Below, piece by piece: positions 7,881-18,226 of a stretch of 35,532 nucleotides of DNA. Origin of the DNA: a bacterium (GTDB lineage Bacteria > Hydrothermota > 32-111); the NCBI GenBank assembly GCA_050239825.1, contig JBFXGO010000024.1, positions 1-35,532 on the forward strand, read 5' to 3'. The notes under the pieces were generated by a model that saw only the letters and a program-made list of their open reading frames with translations, had not been told where the DNA came from and made no database searches. The position numbers and the translations under genes were made by a program. The stretch's first letter is position 1, and each line of letters opens with the position of its first letter.

Positions 7881-8505
7881 AGTAGATTATGTTCACCCCC
7901 ATCTTCAAAGCATCCAATCTCCTGCTGTCAGGATCCTTGTATGTTTCATAGGTAGCCCAGCCGTCTGAAAAATTTGTATTATATGTGTATAAAATTCCTA
8001 TTTTTTTGTTTATAAACAATCCGTAAGCCTCCGGCGCCCCCTCATAGTGTTCATGAATTTTAGGGATTTTCTTGAATTCATAGACTGATGAGAATATCTT
8101 TTCATGCGCGGGGAGCCTCACCAGTTCCCTCTCGGGGAAAATGTCCCTTATGAAACTGCGCACGCTGCCGTTAAATCCGTAATCATCATCAATGTATATG
8201 AATCCTCCGTTATAGATATACTCCCTTACATTTTCAATATCTCTGGAAGTGTATTTTATCTTATCGTGGCCTGTTATAAATAAAAACGGATAATCATGTA
8301 TTCTTTTGTCGGAGAGTTTGAGCACAATTTCGCTCGTGTCCATTTTAAGATCCGTCTCTGAGTTGATAAACTTTGCAAGAAGTTTCAAACAGTCTCTGTC
8401 ATTGTACCAATCTCCCCCCTCATACTGAATTCTGACCGGAGTGAAATCAAAAGCATTTAATGTCTGAAAAACTATAAGCAAAAAAATCAGTCTGCAAAGA
8501 GCCAA
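7864..8505 (-). CDS. DUF4159 domain protein
   Basis: GGDWY, YPFLFITGH, GGFIYIDDDYG, PKIHEH, DGW and ALKMGVNI motifs; signal peptide. Confidence 0.9.
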   Translation of the reverse strand: MALCRLIFLLIVFQTLNAFDFTPVRIQYEGGDWYNDRDCLKLLAKFINSETDLKMDTSEIVLKLSDKRIHDYPFLFITGHDKIKYTSRDIENVREYIYNGGFIYIDDDYGFNGSVRSFIRDIFPERELVRLPAHEKIFSSVYEFKKIPKIHEHYEGAPEAYGLFINKKIGILYTYNTNFSDGWATYETYKDPDSRRLDALKMGVNIIYYALFK

Positions 8506-9656
8506 GTCAAACCTCCTTTTACCAGATATTCCTTGGAATTTAAGAAGAGACGACCGCCGAAGAATATATCTGCATCGATGAGCTTAAGATTGAGGAAGAT
8601 GTCTAGCACTTCATCTGATTTGTACTCTGCAATTATTGATGGAGTGAGATTTCCGCCCAACAAAGAGACGGAGGCTTTGGCAAGACAGCCGAATGTCAGA
8701 GAATCAAAATACTCCGCATTTACATTTAACATAAGGTATTTGTATTCAGCCAGCAGAGAAGCTTTCGACCCGAATATCTCACCGTTATAACTTAGGGGAA
8801 GTATGTCAGTCTTTAAACTGCCTGTATTGAGTTTGACTCCGGCCTCTGTGAAATCAAGACTCTCTCTGCGGGAATAATTGGAATAGACTGAAAGTGAGGG
8901 AAGCAGTCGATAGAGAACGCCCATCTGGGCTACAAGAACTGAATCATAAAAAATCTGCGGCGTCACATGAAGCCTTTCATAAGAATAGTGGTATTTCGAA
9001 AAGAGTATGGCATCAATACTGTTTGTTTTATAATTATATCCGCATTCCGAAAAGAAATAAAATCCCCTGTTCGCAAAGGATGCTCTTCCGAGAATTCTGT
9101 CCGGGTTTCCATATCCGATATGAAGCGACCAATCATCTTTTCCGTAACCGGCGAGCACTTTAAATTTGCTCTGCAGAACATTCGCTGTCAAAATGAATTT
9201 TTTGTAATCCAGATAAAAATCAGTTTCATGTTCAATAAGAGTCGAACCCTCAAGGTAGAGCCTTGAAAGCGAACTGACGCTTGAAATGGAATCTTCCTTG
9301 CCAAGAGAAGAGTAAAGCCGAGTTGATGAAGGGTCTCTGATAATCGACAGGTCATACGATGTTTTATGTGGAATTTCAAATTTCGCGAAGCCTGTTTCAA
9401 TCACAGGGTCAAAGCGGATAAGAGGAGCCATGAAAGAATAATGCGACCCGGTGAAGCACCTGTTTTCAGATGCAAAAATTTTGTCCGACTGAAGGCTGTT
9501 TTCCGAAAATATCGGATTCTCCGCAATGTATAAATGCATAAAAAACGGGTATGTTTCATAGCTGGAGGCATTGTCAGGCATCTTCTCGTCGAATTCCAAT
9601 CCTATTATTAAAACGGGAAACAGGATAAGAATGATTATCGTCTTATTCTTTATCAT
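8487..9656 (-). CDS. Probable outer-membrane beta-barrel (putative porin-like)
   Basis: Signal peptide from MIKNK (9656), aromatic-rich amphipathic strands, C-terminal GLTWLFAD. Confidence 0.6.
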   Translation of the reverse strand: MIKNKTIIILILFPVLIIGLEFDEKMPDNASSYETYPFFMHLYIAENPIFSENSLQSDKIFASENRCFTGSHYSFMAPLIRFDPVIETGFAKFEIPHKTSYDLSIIRDPSSTRLYSSLGKEDSISSVSSLSRLYLEGSTLIEHETDFYLDYKKFILTANVLQSKFKVLAGYGKDDWSLHIGYGNPDRILGRASFANRGFYFFSECGYNYKTNSIDAILFSKYHYSYERLHVTPQIFYDSVLVAQMGVLYRLLPSLSVYSNYSRRESLDFTEAGVKLNTGSLKTDILPLSYNGEIFGSKASLLAEYKYLMLNVNAEYFDSLTFGCLAKASVSLLGGNLTPSIIAEYKSDEVLDIFLNLKLIDADIFFGGRLFLNSKEYLVKGGLTWLFAD

Positions 9657-10270
9657 CCTCTTTTTCTTTTTTTGTTTCTCCACACGGTTTTGTAAAGGGC
9701 ATTTCCTGTAGCCTCTTCAAACAGCAAAGAAAATAAAAGCACAGGGAAACCGACAACATTGAAGAAGTCTCCCGAAATTCTTTCTATAAAAAGAGATGCC
9801 TCCTCCTGAACCGCATACGCGCCTGCTTTGTCCATGTAATCTGCGCTTTCAAGGTATGCGTCTATTTCGGCCGGACAGATTTCCCTGAAATACACATCTG
9901 TCTTTTGAACTCCGGTCACAACTCTTCCGTTGCATATTAAAGTGAGTCCGGTATAGACGGAATGTTTCTTTCCGGATAAAAGTGTTATCATCTCTTTGGC
10001 TGACTTTTTCGAGGAGGGTTTGCCTATTATTTTTCCTTCAACAAAGACAATCGTGTCAGCTCCTATTACAAGTTCATCTCTATTCGCAACAGCGCTCTGA
10101 GCCTTATACTTTGAGCACACCTTGACAAAAGAAATTGGATTCTTCACTTCAAAATGCTTCTCAGAGTGTTTATGTTTTCTTATCTCAAAGTCAATCCCCA
10201 TTTCACGAAGCATCTCTATACGCCTCGGAGACTCTGAGGCAAGTATTATTTTTATATTATTTTTTTTCAA
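9653..10270 (-). CDS. maf: Maf/YhdE nucleoside triphosphate pyrophosphatase
   Basis: [25 protein letters not shown] and NVVGFP motifs. Confidence 0.95.
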   Translation of the reverse strand: MKKNNIKIILASESPRRIEMLREMGIDFEIRKHKHSEKHFEVKNPISFVKVCSKYKAQSAVANRDELVIGADTIVFVEGKIIGKPSSKKSAKEMITLLSGKKHSVYTGLTLICNGRVVTGVQKTDVYFREICPAEIDAYLESADYMDKAGAYAVQEEASLFIERISGDFFNVVGFPVLLFSLLFEEATGNALYKTVWRNKKRKRG

Positions 10271-10748
10271 TTTTTCTTAACACCCTGCACGGATTTCCTG
10301 CCGCTATGACATTGTCGGGGATGTCTCTGGTGACAACTGAACCGGCGCCTATTATGCTGTTCTCTCCCACGGTGACATTTGAAAGCACAACAGAGTTGGT
10401 ACCCACAGAAGCGCCTCTCTTTATGAGAGTCGGCTCTACGCTCCAATCAGCCTCTGTCTGTAGCCCCCCGCTCTCTGTAGTCGCTCTTGGGTATTTGTCA
10501 TTGATAAACATAACTCCATGCCCTATGAAGACATTGTCTTCTATTTTCACGCCCTCGCAAATGAATGAATGCGAGGATATTTTGCAGTTTTTTCCTATCT
10601 CGGCATTCTTCTGAATTTCCACGAATGCGCCGACCTTCGTATTGTCGCCTATTGTACATCCGTAGAGATTTGTAAATTGAAAAACCCTGACATCCTTTCC
10701 AAGCTTGACGCTTTCGGCTATACACCTGAAATCATTTTCCGTCATCAA
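10257..10748 (-). CDS. Hexapeptide-repeat acyltransferase (WbpD/FdtC-like sugar N-acetyltransferase)
   Basis: [28 protein letters not shown] and GAGSVVTRD...GNP motifs. Confidence 0.9.
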   Translation of the reverse strand: MMTENDFRCIAESVKLGKDVRVFQFTNLYGCTIGDNTKVGAFVEIQKNAEIGKNCKISSHSFICEGVKIEDNVFIGHGVMFINDKYPRATTESGGLQTEADWSVEPTLIKRGASVGTNSVVLSNVTVGENSIIGAGSVVTRDIPDNVIAAGNPCRVLRKIEKK

Positions 10749-10769
10749 TGCTCCTTGTTGGTTTTAAGT

Positions 10770-10799
10770 AAAAAAAAAGGGGGAAGCAAGCTTCCCCCT
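10770..10799 (-). terminator. Intrinsic terminator of hup
   Basis: AGGGGGAAGC-aa-GCTTCCCCCT hairpin followed by a T-run on the minus strand. Confidence 0.88.
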
Positions 10800-10817
10800 A
10801 ACCGTCAAGAAGGTCTC

Positions 10818-11090
10818 TTACTTTACTGCGTTCTTCAGTTTGGCGCCGGCTTTGAAATGAGGAACCTTTTTCGCTTTGATGTTGATGACTTTCTTTGTCT
10901 GCGGATTGATTCCCTTGCGTGCCTTTCTGTTCTTAACTGAGAACGTGCCGAAGCCGACAAGTGTGACCGGTTTGTTCTTCTTCAGTGAGCCTTCGATGCC
11001 CTTGAAGATTGTGTCGATTGCATCGTTTGCCTGCTTCTTCGAAATGCCGACATTCTTTGCGACAACTTCGATCATGTCCTTCTTGTTCAT
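10818..11090 (-). CDS. hup: DNA-binding protein HU
   Basis: MNKKDMI...VTLVGFGTFSV..RKARKGINPQT...VPHFKAG. 90 aa from the ATG after GGAGG. Confidence 0.97.
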   Translation of the reverse strand: MNKKDMIEVVAKNVGISKKQANDAIDTIFKGIEGSLKKNKPVTLVGFGTFSVKNRKARKGINPQTKKVINIKAKKVPHFKAGAKLKNAVK

Positions 11091-11130
11091 TCTTGAACCT
11101 CCTTGGTTAGAGTGTCTTTCATTTAGCTCT

Positions 11131-11159
11131 ATATTAAGGGATATCAGCGGTTTTGTCAA
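11131..11159 (-). promoter_or_regulatory. hup promoter TTGACA-N17-TAATAT
   Basis: -35 at 11159-11154, -10 at 11136-11131. Confidence 0.65.
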
Positions 11160-11193
11160 GGGGGTATTTGATTTTATTCGCTCTGTCAGTGGC

Positions 11194-13218
11194 TTATGGA
11201 AGAAGCGGTCCGAAGATGCCCTTATCCAGAGCGACTTCCGGTATATCTATAAGAGAGAGAGAGAAGTCATATTTGAAAGCAGATGCGTATGTTGAAACTC
11301 TGAACAAGGCTCTCCAGCAGTGTATTGAGCGGTTCATAACAATTGAAGTGGAAATTATTTCCCTGTTAAGCATGTCGTATAGAATGCCCATCGTAAAATC
11401 AAGATTCTCTCCTATATCCATTCCGAGCGACCCGCTTAATCTGTCGGATGTCACTGCCGAGTCCGTCTTTTCAGTCGTATTGCCAAGAGATATTTTAAGT
11501 TTTTTTTCTGATAGAGGATTTTGAAGGTCAAGAGAGGCTGAGAGAGTGTATGAAATTCTATATTCCTCCGAGTAAGGATTTCTGCTTCCGTTTAAAATGA
11601 AGCTGACCGGTTTATCAGGCAGAAAGTGAAAATTCGCTCCGACAGACGAAAATGAATCAGTTGCCATGTTATAGCCTGTAGTAAAGGAATTTCTCAGAAG
11701 AATATCCTTGAACTCCCCGCGCTTTCCCTCAAAGAGATTGGTCAGTGAAAAATTCAACTTCCTAAAATCCGTTGAGGAATCATCAAATGAAACAGAGTAT
11801 GCCTCTCCAATCCAGTTTCTTCCCGCCGAAAATGAAATATCGGGAATTAGAGTGTGCCTGAATTTTTCATACATCAAAAATCCGAAGAGCGACACTCCGT
11901 AAACCTGTGCATTGAGACCTGATGAAACAGATGCATTAACTGAAGAAATGTCTGCGCCGGTGTTCATTGAATGATTCAGCGAGGCTGAAGGGCTGAGATT
12001 CACATATTTAAAAATTTTGTATGAAGTGTCAAATCTGTTGTTTAGTCCTGTAATAATGCTGTTTGTATCTGAAATTGAATCCGAATAGTAGGAGTTGTCA
12101 AATGAATGGGAATGGGAATAATTGATTCCGCCGGGGATGATGTTTTTAATTTTCGCAAAATTGACTTTGCGCGTATAACCGCTGTATGATGGAAGCTTCA
12201 TCCTCACACTGTTGTCCGAAAAATCCTCATTTCTGGAAATTGACGCAATCAGGCTGTATGAAGTGAAATCCTTTGACAAAGACAAAAAGGATTCGGCATT
12301 TCTTTTAAGAACCACAGCCGTCGTATCCGTATAGTCGGTGACAGTCGAGATGTCTGAAATGACATCCCACCTGCTCTTCAAAGAAATATCAGACGGAAGC
12401 ATGTGGGTGTAAGACCCGTTGATGCTCCACCTCTTCCTTCCCGTGAGTTCGCTGATGTACTCTCCGTTGAGGGCAAGCGACAAGAGAGGAGAAACAAGAA
12501 CATTGAGTTCATACCTGCCTGCTATGCCCCTAAGTTCGTAGAGGTCGACAGAAAATGTCATATCCGAAAAATCATTTGTTGCATAAAAATAGGATATGTC
12601 TTTTAAATACTTTCCGTCGGATGCGCTGTAACCTGCCTTAGGCATGAGAAACCCGCTCTTTCTGGTTGTCGCAACAGGTAAAACAAAGAATGGAACCGCC
12701 ATAACAGGCACATTCTTGACGAACATCACAAAGGGACGCACTATCACTCTGTCGTTCTGGTACAGATGCATCTTGGAAGCATAAAAAGAGTAATGCGGAG
12801 TATCGGACGAACATGTTGTGAAATGTCCGTTGTAAATGAAATATTCATTATCCTTTACTGCGAATATCCTCTCTCCAGTCAGATACCCCTTGTCTATTTT
12901 CGTTTTAGCGCGAAAAATGGAGCCTTTCTTCGTATCATAATTGAATGCTACGGAATCTCCGACTATCTTGAAGTCATTCATGTTTAGGGTTATATTCCCC
13001 TTTCCAAAAAGCATCTTCTCTTCTTTTGAAATAAGAATCGTATCTCCGGAAAGATTAAAGTCTTTTGAATTTATCTCTATTGAGTCGCAGAGCAGTATAG
13101 ATTTTATTTCATTGTCATATATAATCGTCTCTGCCTTATATTCTATTTTTCCCGCAGAAATCAGCACCGGCAGAAGAGCCAGTGCCGCAATTAAAAGAAG
13201 CTCAGGTCTTCGCTTCAT
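11194..13218 (-). CDS. lptD: LPS-assembly protein LptD-like
   Basis: Signal peptide, beta-jellyroll-like N-terminus, FTTC..DTPHY, RKSGFLMP and C-terminal R.IHCW motifs. Confidence 0.85.
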   Translation of the reverse strand: MKRRPELLLIAALALLPVLISAGKIEYKAETIIYDNEIKSILLCDSIEINSKDFNLSGDTILISKEEKMLFGKGNITLNMNDFKIVGDSVAFNYDTKKGSIFRAKTKIDKGYLTGERIFAVKDNEYFIYNGHFTTCSSDTPHYSFYASKMHLYQNDRVIVRPFVMFVKNVPVMAVPFFVLPVATTRKSGFLMPKAGYSASDGKYLKDISYFYATNDFSDMTFSVDLYELRGIAGRYELNVLVSPLLSLALNGEYISELTGRKRWSINGSYTHMLPSDISLKSRWDVISDISTVTDYTDTTAVVLKRNAESFLSLSKDFTSYSLIASISRNEDFSDNSVRMKLPSYSGYTRKVNFAKIKNIIPGGINYSHSHSFDNSYYSDSISDTNSIITGLNNRFDTSYKIFKYVNLSPSASLNHSMNTGADISSVNASVSSGLNAQVYGVSLFGFLMYEKFRHTLIPDISFSAGRNWIGEAYSVSFDDSSTDFRKLNFSLTNLFEGKRGEFKDILLRNSFTTGYNMATDSFSSVGANFHFLPDKPVSFILNGSRNPYSEEYRISYTLSASLDLQNPLSEKKLKISLGNTTEKTDSAVTSDRLSGSLGMDIGENLDFTMGILYDMLNREIISTSIVMNRSIHCWRALFRVSTYASAFKYDFSLSLIDIPEVALDKGIFGPLLP

Positions 13219-13672
13219 CCTTTTCTGTGTACATTAAAAGAATTAGAAGACAGACTCCGATGAAAACAGACGTATCTGCAATATTGAAAATCGCAAATCT
13301 GTGCCTGCCGATGCCAAAATCAAGAAAATCTATCACTTCCCGGTATTTGAATCTGTCGAATCCGTTTCCGAAAGCCCCGCCGATTATCATAGAGAGTCCG
13401 ATTATCTTAGGTTTGTAAAAATTTGTCTTTTGGAAATATACTATCACAAAAATAACTGCGATAGCCGATAGAAACATCATTACCCAGTATCCTCCAAAAT
13501 TAATAGAGAATGCGGCATACGGATTTCTAACATAAGTGAATCGGAAAAAGTTGCCGATAACTTCTGTGGACTGCCCTTCAAACATATTTTTTGAAATCAG
13601 TATTTTGGATAGTCGGTCAAAAAACAATACCGTCAAAGCCACGGGAATACCGAGAAGAATTTTTTTCTTCAT
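13202..13672 (-). CDS. lspA: Lipoprotein signal peptidase II
   Basis: DRLSK, N..AAFS, GGAFGN.FDR, VIDF and FNIAD motifs. Confidence 0.97.
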   Translation of the reverse strand: MKKKILLGIPVALTVLFFDRLSKILISKNMFEGQSTEVIGNFFRFTYVRNPYAAFSINFGGYWVMMFLSAIAVIFVIVYFQKTNFYKPKIIGLSMIIGGAFGNGFDRFKYREVIDFLDFGIGRHRFAIFNIADTSVFIGVCLLILLMYTEKDEAKT

Positions 13673-14034
13673 TTTTTTATAATTTTATCCGAACATTTCA
13701 AGCAGAGTTTTGCGTAAGGAATCGCCTTAAGCCTCTTCTCCACAATCTCTTCTCCGCAAAGCTCGCAAACTCCATAGGTATTGTCCGACACCTTCTGCAA
13801 CGCTGAATCAATTTCCCTTATCTCTTCCATGACCTTGTTCATATTGATTGTATTTCGCTCCAGCATTGCCGCGTCTGTTCCGATATCGGCGCTGTGATAC
13901 GGATAGGTTGATGTCTCCGAATTGTTGTAGTCATTTGAATTCAACTGCTCTTCATATCCTGTAAGAATCTTCTCCTTATCCTGCTTCAACTTTTTAAGGA
14001 GTTCCTCAAACTGCTTTTTTGTTTTCTTGTCCAT
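13669..14034 (-). CDS. TraR/DksA C4 zinc-finger protein
   Basis: HSADIGTD coiled-coil tip; YGVCELCGEEI..KRLKAIPYAKLCLKC. Confidence 0.93.
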   Translation of the reverse strand: MDKKTKKQFEELLKKLKQDKEKILTGYEEQLNSNDYNNSETSTYPYHSADIGTDAAMLERNTINMNKVMEEIREIDSALQKVSDNTYGVCELCGEEIVEKRLKAIPYAKLCLKCSDKIIKK

Positions 14035-16788
14035 TTATACCTCCGCTTTTACTGCCTCAGCGCATTTTTCGCAGAGCTGGGGATGTTTGGCATCATGCCC
14101 GACCGTATCAAGGTACAACCAGCATCTCGCGCATTTTTCGCCTTCTGCTTTTTCTGCCTTTAATGCGTAGGATAGTTTCCTGTCCTGAAACTCCTCGCCG
14201 GATTCGTTGTTTATATTCACATTGGATACTATGAAAATCTGACTAAGTATGTCTTTGTATTTCTCAAACAGAGACCTTGTCTCTTCATTATGAGGATTCA
14301 AACAGATGTTTGCTTCAACAGACTTTCCGATAATTCCGCTGTTGCGCATTTTTTCAAGAGACATCAGGGCATTTCCTCTAACCGAAAGAATGAATTCAAA
14401 ATCATCTTCTATTCCGGCATCGATGTAGGAATTCATCCTTTCATTCACCACTTCCATGTGCACGGATTTCTTTTTGTTCGGCTTTTTAAAATGCATATAC
14501 GCCTGCTCCGCAGTAAACGGAAGAATTGGAGCTATCTGCTTCAACATATCGTCAAGCAGGAGATATACCGTATATAATCCAGATTTTCTCTCAGATGAGC
14601 TGTTTGAATATGTGTAGAGTCTGTCCTTTAGAACATCAAGGTAAAATGAAGACATGTCATTAACTATGAAATTGTAGAATTCTCTGAATACCTTGTGGAA
14701 CTCATACCCGTCATAGTATTCAAGTATTCTCTTTCTCGTATGCGCATACCTGCTTAAAATGTATCTGTCAAGTTTGTGCATTTTATCTTTTTCAATTTCA
14801 ATCTTTGAAAGGTCATTCTCGCCGAGATTTCCGAGCATGAATCTTATCGTGTTTCTTATCTTGAAGTAAGTGTCAAGAGATGTTTTCAGCAGTTCCTCTC
14901 CGAAAGGAGCATCAGATGTATAATCAATAGATGAAAACCAAAGCCGAATTATCTCCGCACCGTACTTTTTGCATATCATTTCAGGAGAGAAGACATTACC
15001 GAGGGATTTTGACATCTTCTTCATATTTTTGTCAAGAATCAATCCATGAGTCAGGACCTCATTGTATGGAGCCCTGTCATCTGTGGCGGTTGAAACTATG
15101 AGAGAGACCTGGAACCATCCTCTGTGCTGGTCAACAGCTTCAAGGTAGAGGTCTGCCGGCCAGCGGAGCTCGGGGCGTTTTTTTACAACTGCCGAATGGC
15201 TTAGAGCAGAATCAAACCAGACATCAAATATGTTTGTTTCTTTTTCAAACTCTCCGGAACCGCATTTTTCGCATTTTATCTCTCCGACAAGATCTTTCAC
15301 CTCTTTTTCAAACCAGATATCAGAACCATATTTTAAAACTTCGTCGCGCACTTTGTCTATGGTTGCTTTGTTGATATGCGGTGTTGAGCACTTTTTGCAG
15401 TATAAAACCGGAAGAGGCACTCCCCATGAGCGTTGACGCGACAAACACCAGTCGGGTCTCGTCTTCACCATGTTGTAAATTCTTTCTTTTGACCATCCCG
15501 GAATCCATTTCGTGTTGTCAATTTCCGTAAGAAGCCTCTCTCTGAGATCAGCATTCTCAACATTGAGGAACCACTGCTCTGTCGCGCGGAAAATCAGCTC
15601 GCTTTTGCATCTCCAGCAGACAGGGTAAGAGTGAGTGAATTTTTCTTCGAATATAAGGCTTCCCTCTGCCTTGAGGTCTTCAATTATCAAGGCATTTGCC
15701 TTGAAGACATTTATCCCTGCATATTTTCCGACAGACTGAGAAAATGTGCCGTCTTTTTCAACCGGAGAAACTATATCAAGGTTGAATTTTATTCCGGCCT
15801 GATAGTCGTCATATCCGTGTCCCGGAGCGATATGAACAATTCCTGTCCCTGTATCCGTTGTAACGAAATCCGCTGTTATAACTCTTCCTTTTTTGCTTTT
15901 GTCTATCGGATGAGTATAGATTCTATCGAGATAATCGGAAGCCTTTGTCTCCTTTACTATCTTCATTCCGGAGTCATTCAGCTTTGTCTTTACGGACTCA
16001 AGCATCTTCTTCATCAAAACAAGATTTCCGAATGAAGATTCGACCTCTATGTATGTTTCTTCCGGATGAAGCGCAACCGCGACATTGGCAGGCAAAGTCC
16101 ACGGAGTGGTAGTCCAGATTAAAAAGAATTTGTTTTCATTAGCCCATTTAAATTTTACAAAGACTGACGGGGATTCTTTATCCTCATACTCTATTTCGTT
16201 TCCCGCAAGAGCGGTCTGGCACCTCATGCACCAATGTATCGGCCTCAGTCCCCTGTATATGTATCCCTTCTCAACCAGTTTTCCGAAATTATCTATAATA
16301 TCCGATTCGTAGATATTGGACATTGTGATATATGGATTTTCCCAGTCGCCGAATACTCCAAGACGCTTGAACTCGCCCTTCTGCGTGTTTACGAATTTGT
16401 CGGCATACTCTCTGCATTTTTTTCTCAGTTCAAGTTTTGATATCTCCTTTATCTTTGGACCCAAATCCTTTGTCACATTATGCTCTATCGGCATACCATG
16501 GCAATCCCATCCGGGAATGTATGGGGTTCTGTATCCGCGTATGTTTTTATATTTGATTATGAAATCCTTGAGTATCTTATTGAATGCGGTTCCAATATGA
16601 ATATGTCCGTTTGCATAAGGCGGACCGTCATGAAGCACATACAATTCGCTGTCCTTTCTCTCTTCAAGAAGAACTTTGTATATATCCATTTCATCCCAGT
16701 ATTTTTGTATCTCCAGCTCCATTACCGGAAGATTCGCCTTCATCGGAAAATCTGTTTTTGGCAGATTGAGAGTCGTTTTGTATTCCAT
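14035..16788 (-). CDS. ileS: Isoleucine--tRNA ligase (type 1)
   Basis: LHDGPPYANG.IHIGT, GWDCHG, WTTTPWT, DWCLSRQR, KMSKS, C-terminal CARC...CEKC. Confidence 0.99.
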   Translation of the reverse strand: MEYKTTLNLPKTDFPMKANLPVMELEIQKYWDEMDIYKVLLEERKDSELYVLHDGPPYANGHIHIGTAFNKILKDFIIKYKNIRGYRTPYIPGWDCHGMPIEHNVTKDLGPKIKEISKLELRKKCREYADKFVNTQKGEFKRLGVFGDWENPYITMSNIYESDIIDNFGKLVEKGYIYRGLRPIHWCMRCQTALAGNEIEYEDKESPSVFVKFKWANENKFFLIWTTTPWTLPANVAVALHPEETYIEVESSFGNLVLMKKMLESVKTKLNDSGMKIVKETKASDYLDRIYTHPIDKSKKGRVITADFVTTDTGTGIVHIAPGHGYDDYQAGIKFNLDIVSPVEKDGTFSQSVGKYAGINVFKANALIIEDLKAEGSLIFEEKFTHSYPVCWRCKSELIFRATEQWFLNVENADLRERLLTEIDNTKWIPGWSKERIYNMVKTRPDWCLSRQRSWGVPLPVLYCKKCSTPHINKATIDKVRDEVLKYGSDIWFEKEVKDLVGEIKCEKCGSGEFEKETNIFDVWFDSALSHSAVVKKRPELRWPADLYLEAVDQHRGWFQVSLIVSTATDDRAPYNEVLTHGLILDKNMKKMSKSLGNVFSPEMICKKYGAEIIRLWFSSIDYTSDAPFGEELLKTSLDTYFKIRNTIRFMLGNLGENDLSKIEIEKDKMHKLDRYILSRYAHTRKRILEYYDGYEFHKVFREFYNFIVNDMSSFYLDVLKDRLYTYSNSSSERKSGLYTVYLLLDDMLKQIAPILPFTAEQAYMHFKKPNKKKSVHMEVVNERMNSYIDAGIEDDFEFILSVRGNALMSLEKMRNSGIIGKSVEANICLNPHNEETRSLFEKYKDILSQIFIVSNVNINNESGEEFQDRKLSYALKAEKAEGEKCARCWLYLDTVGHDAKHPQLCEKCAEAVKAEV

Positions 16789-17414
16789 TAATCCTCCGTT
16801 CCGAAGAGCCTGTCTCCCGCGTCGCCGAGTCCGGGGAGTATGAATCCGTTTTCATTGAGTTTTTCGTCTATCGCAACTGTATAGATGTCCAGCCACAGGC
16901 ACTTTTCCCTCACTGACTTTATGCCCTCCGGAGCAGATATCACGCTTATAGCGGCTCTGGGCTTCACATTGTACCCTGCAAGTATCTCCACTGTCTTTAT
17001 TATCGACCCTCCGGTCGCCAGCATCGGGTCAAGAATGAATATTTCATATTCATCCATCTTCTTTGGAAGGTTTATGTAGTAGGTTATAGGCTTCAAAATA
17101 TGCTCATCTCTCTTCAATCCTATCATGCCGATGTGGGTTCTGGGATAAAATCTTCTTATAAGAGGCACCATTCCCATTCCCGCTCTTAGAATCGGAACAA
17201 GCAGAATTTCATTCTTGAGTATGGGACTTTCAATTTCACAGAAGGGGGTCGATATTTTTGTTTTCTTTACCGCAAGATTTTTTGATGCCTCATGAAAAAG
17301 CATCAAAGAGAGTTCTTCAAGCTTTCTTGAAAATTTATTTGAAGCTGTCTCTTTATTCCTCATTACCGTGAGTTTTTCAAGAGCCATGGGGTGATTTATT
17401 TCATAAATTGCCAT
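16788..17414 (-). CDS. upp: Uracil phosphoribosyltransferase
   Basis: VPILRAG, LDPMLATGGS and PGLGDAGDRLFGT motifs. Confidence 0.98.
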   Translation of the reverse strand: MAIYEINHPMALEKLTVMRNKETASNKFSRKLEELSLMLFHEASKNLAVKKTKISTPFCEIESPILKNEILLVPILRAGMGMVPLIRRFYPRTHIGMIGLKRDEHILKPITYYINLPKKMDEYEIFILDPMLATGGSIIKTVEILAGYNVKPRAAISVISAPEGIKSVREKCLWLDIYTVAIDEKLNENGFILPGLGDAGDRLFGTED

Positions 17415-17428
17415 TATGTCTCCTTGTT

Positions 17429-18118
17429 CTATTTTACCAGATTAAGGTAAGGTCTGACTTTTTCGCTTTTCGGATTTATCTTTAAAACTTCATTCCACTC
17501 CCTCTTTGCATCTGTCATCCTCTTGCTTTTGTAATAAACAAGCCCGAGAAGAAAGTGCGCCTCTTCAAGATTCTTGTTGAGCTCTATAGCTTTTCTAAGA
17601 TAAAGGACAGCATTGGCATATTTGTTTGCATTCATATATGTGCGAGCAATTTTTATTTTTATGTCGGCATAGTTTTCCGCTATTTTGTCTGCCTTCTTAT
17701 AAGCTTCAACAGCATCGGAGAAATTTCCTATATCCGAGTATATGTCACCAAGGTCAATATGCGTCTTTACAAGTTTTTCTTTTATGCCATATCCGCTTTT
17801 GCCCTTCTTTTTCTCAAGCTTGGAGGCAGAATCAAACTCTTCTGCCGCCTCCTTAAGTTTACCCATCTCATTGTATGTAAGAGCAAGATTCAGATGAGCT
17901 TCTATGTATTCCCCGTTCAGCCTTATTGCCTCTTTGAATTCACTCTCCGCCTCATTGAGGTCTCCGAGAAAATTGTAGCAGAGTCCGAGATAATTTCTCA
18001 GGTCAGGCCAGTCGGAATGGTCTTTCAATGCATTAAGCAGAGTAAAGAGCGCCTTCTTATATTGCCCTTTGTCAAGCAGCTCCTTGCCCTTTTTGACAAG
18101 TTCATCGCTTTTTTTCAT
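17429..18118 (-). CDS. Tetratricopeptide repeat protein
   Basis: Several TPR-like units, e.g. YIEAHLNLALTY and AHFLLGLVY. Confidence 0.9.
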   Translation of the reverse strand: MKKSDELVKKGKELLDKGQYKKALFTLLNALKDHSDWPDLRNYLGLCYNFLGDLNEAESEFKEAIRLNGEYIEAHLNLALTYNEMGKLKEAAEEFDSASKLEKKKGKSGYGIKEKLVKTHIDLGDIYSDIGNFSDAVEAYKKADKIAENYADIKIKIARTYMNANKYANAVLYLRKAIELNKNLEEAHFLLGLVYYKSKRMTDAKREWNEVLKINPKSEKVRPYLNLVK

Positions 18119-18148
18119 ACATACCCCTTATAAAAATTTTAGCGCTGT

Positions 18149-18177
18149 ATTATAGCATATATAATATATAAAATCAA
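18149..18177 (-). promoter_or_regulatory. Promoter TTGATT-N17-(TG.)TATAAT for the TPR-upp-ileS-dksA-lspA-lptD operon
   Basis: -35 at 18177-18172, extended -10 at 18154-18149. Confidence 0.7.
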
Positions 18178-18191
18178 CGAGTTATTTCGTA

Positions 18192-18220
18192 TTGCATTAT
18201 CTTCGGCTCTGATGTAAAAT
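18192..18220 (+). promoter_or_regulatory. Promoter TTGCAT-N17-TAAAAT, 6 nt from the alkD ATG (leaderless candidate)
   Basis: -35 at 18192-18197, -10 at 18215-18220, ATG at 18227, no SD sequence. Confidence 0.62.
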
Positions 18221-18226
18221 ATCGGC

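Noticed and set aside
16789..18180. T-box riboswitch for ileS
   Set aside because: ileS is coupled directly to upp (overlapping stop and start), leaving no leader.
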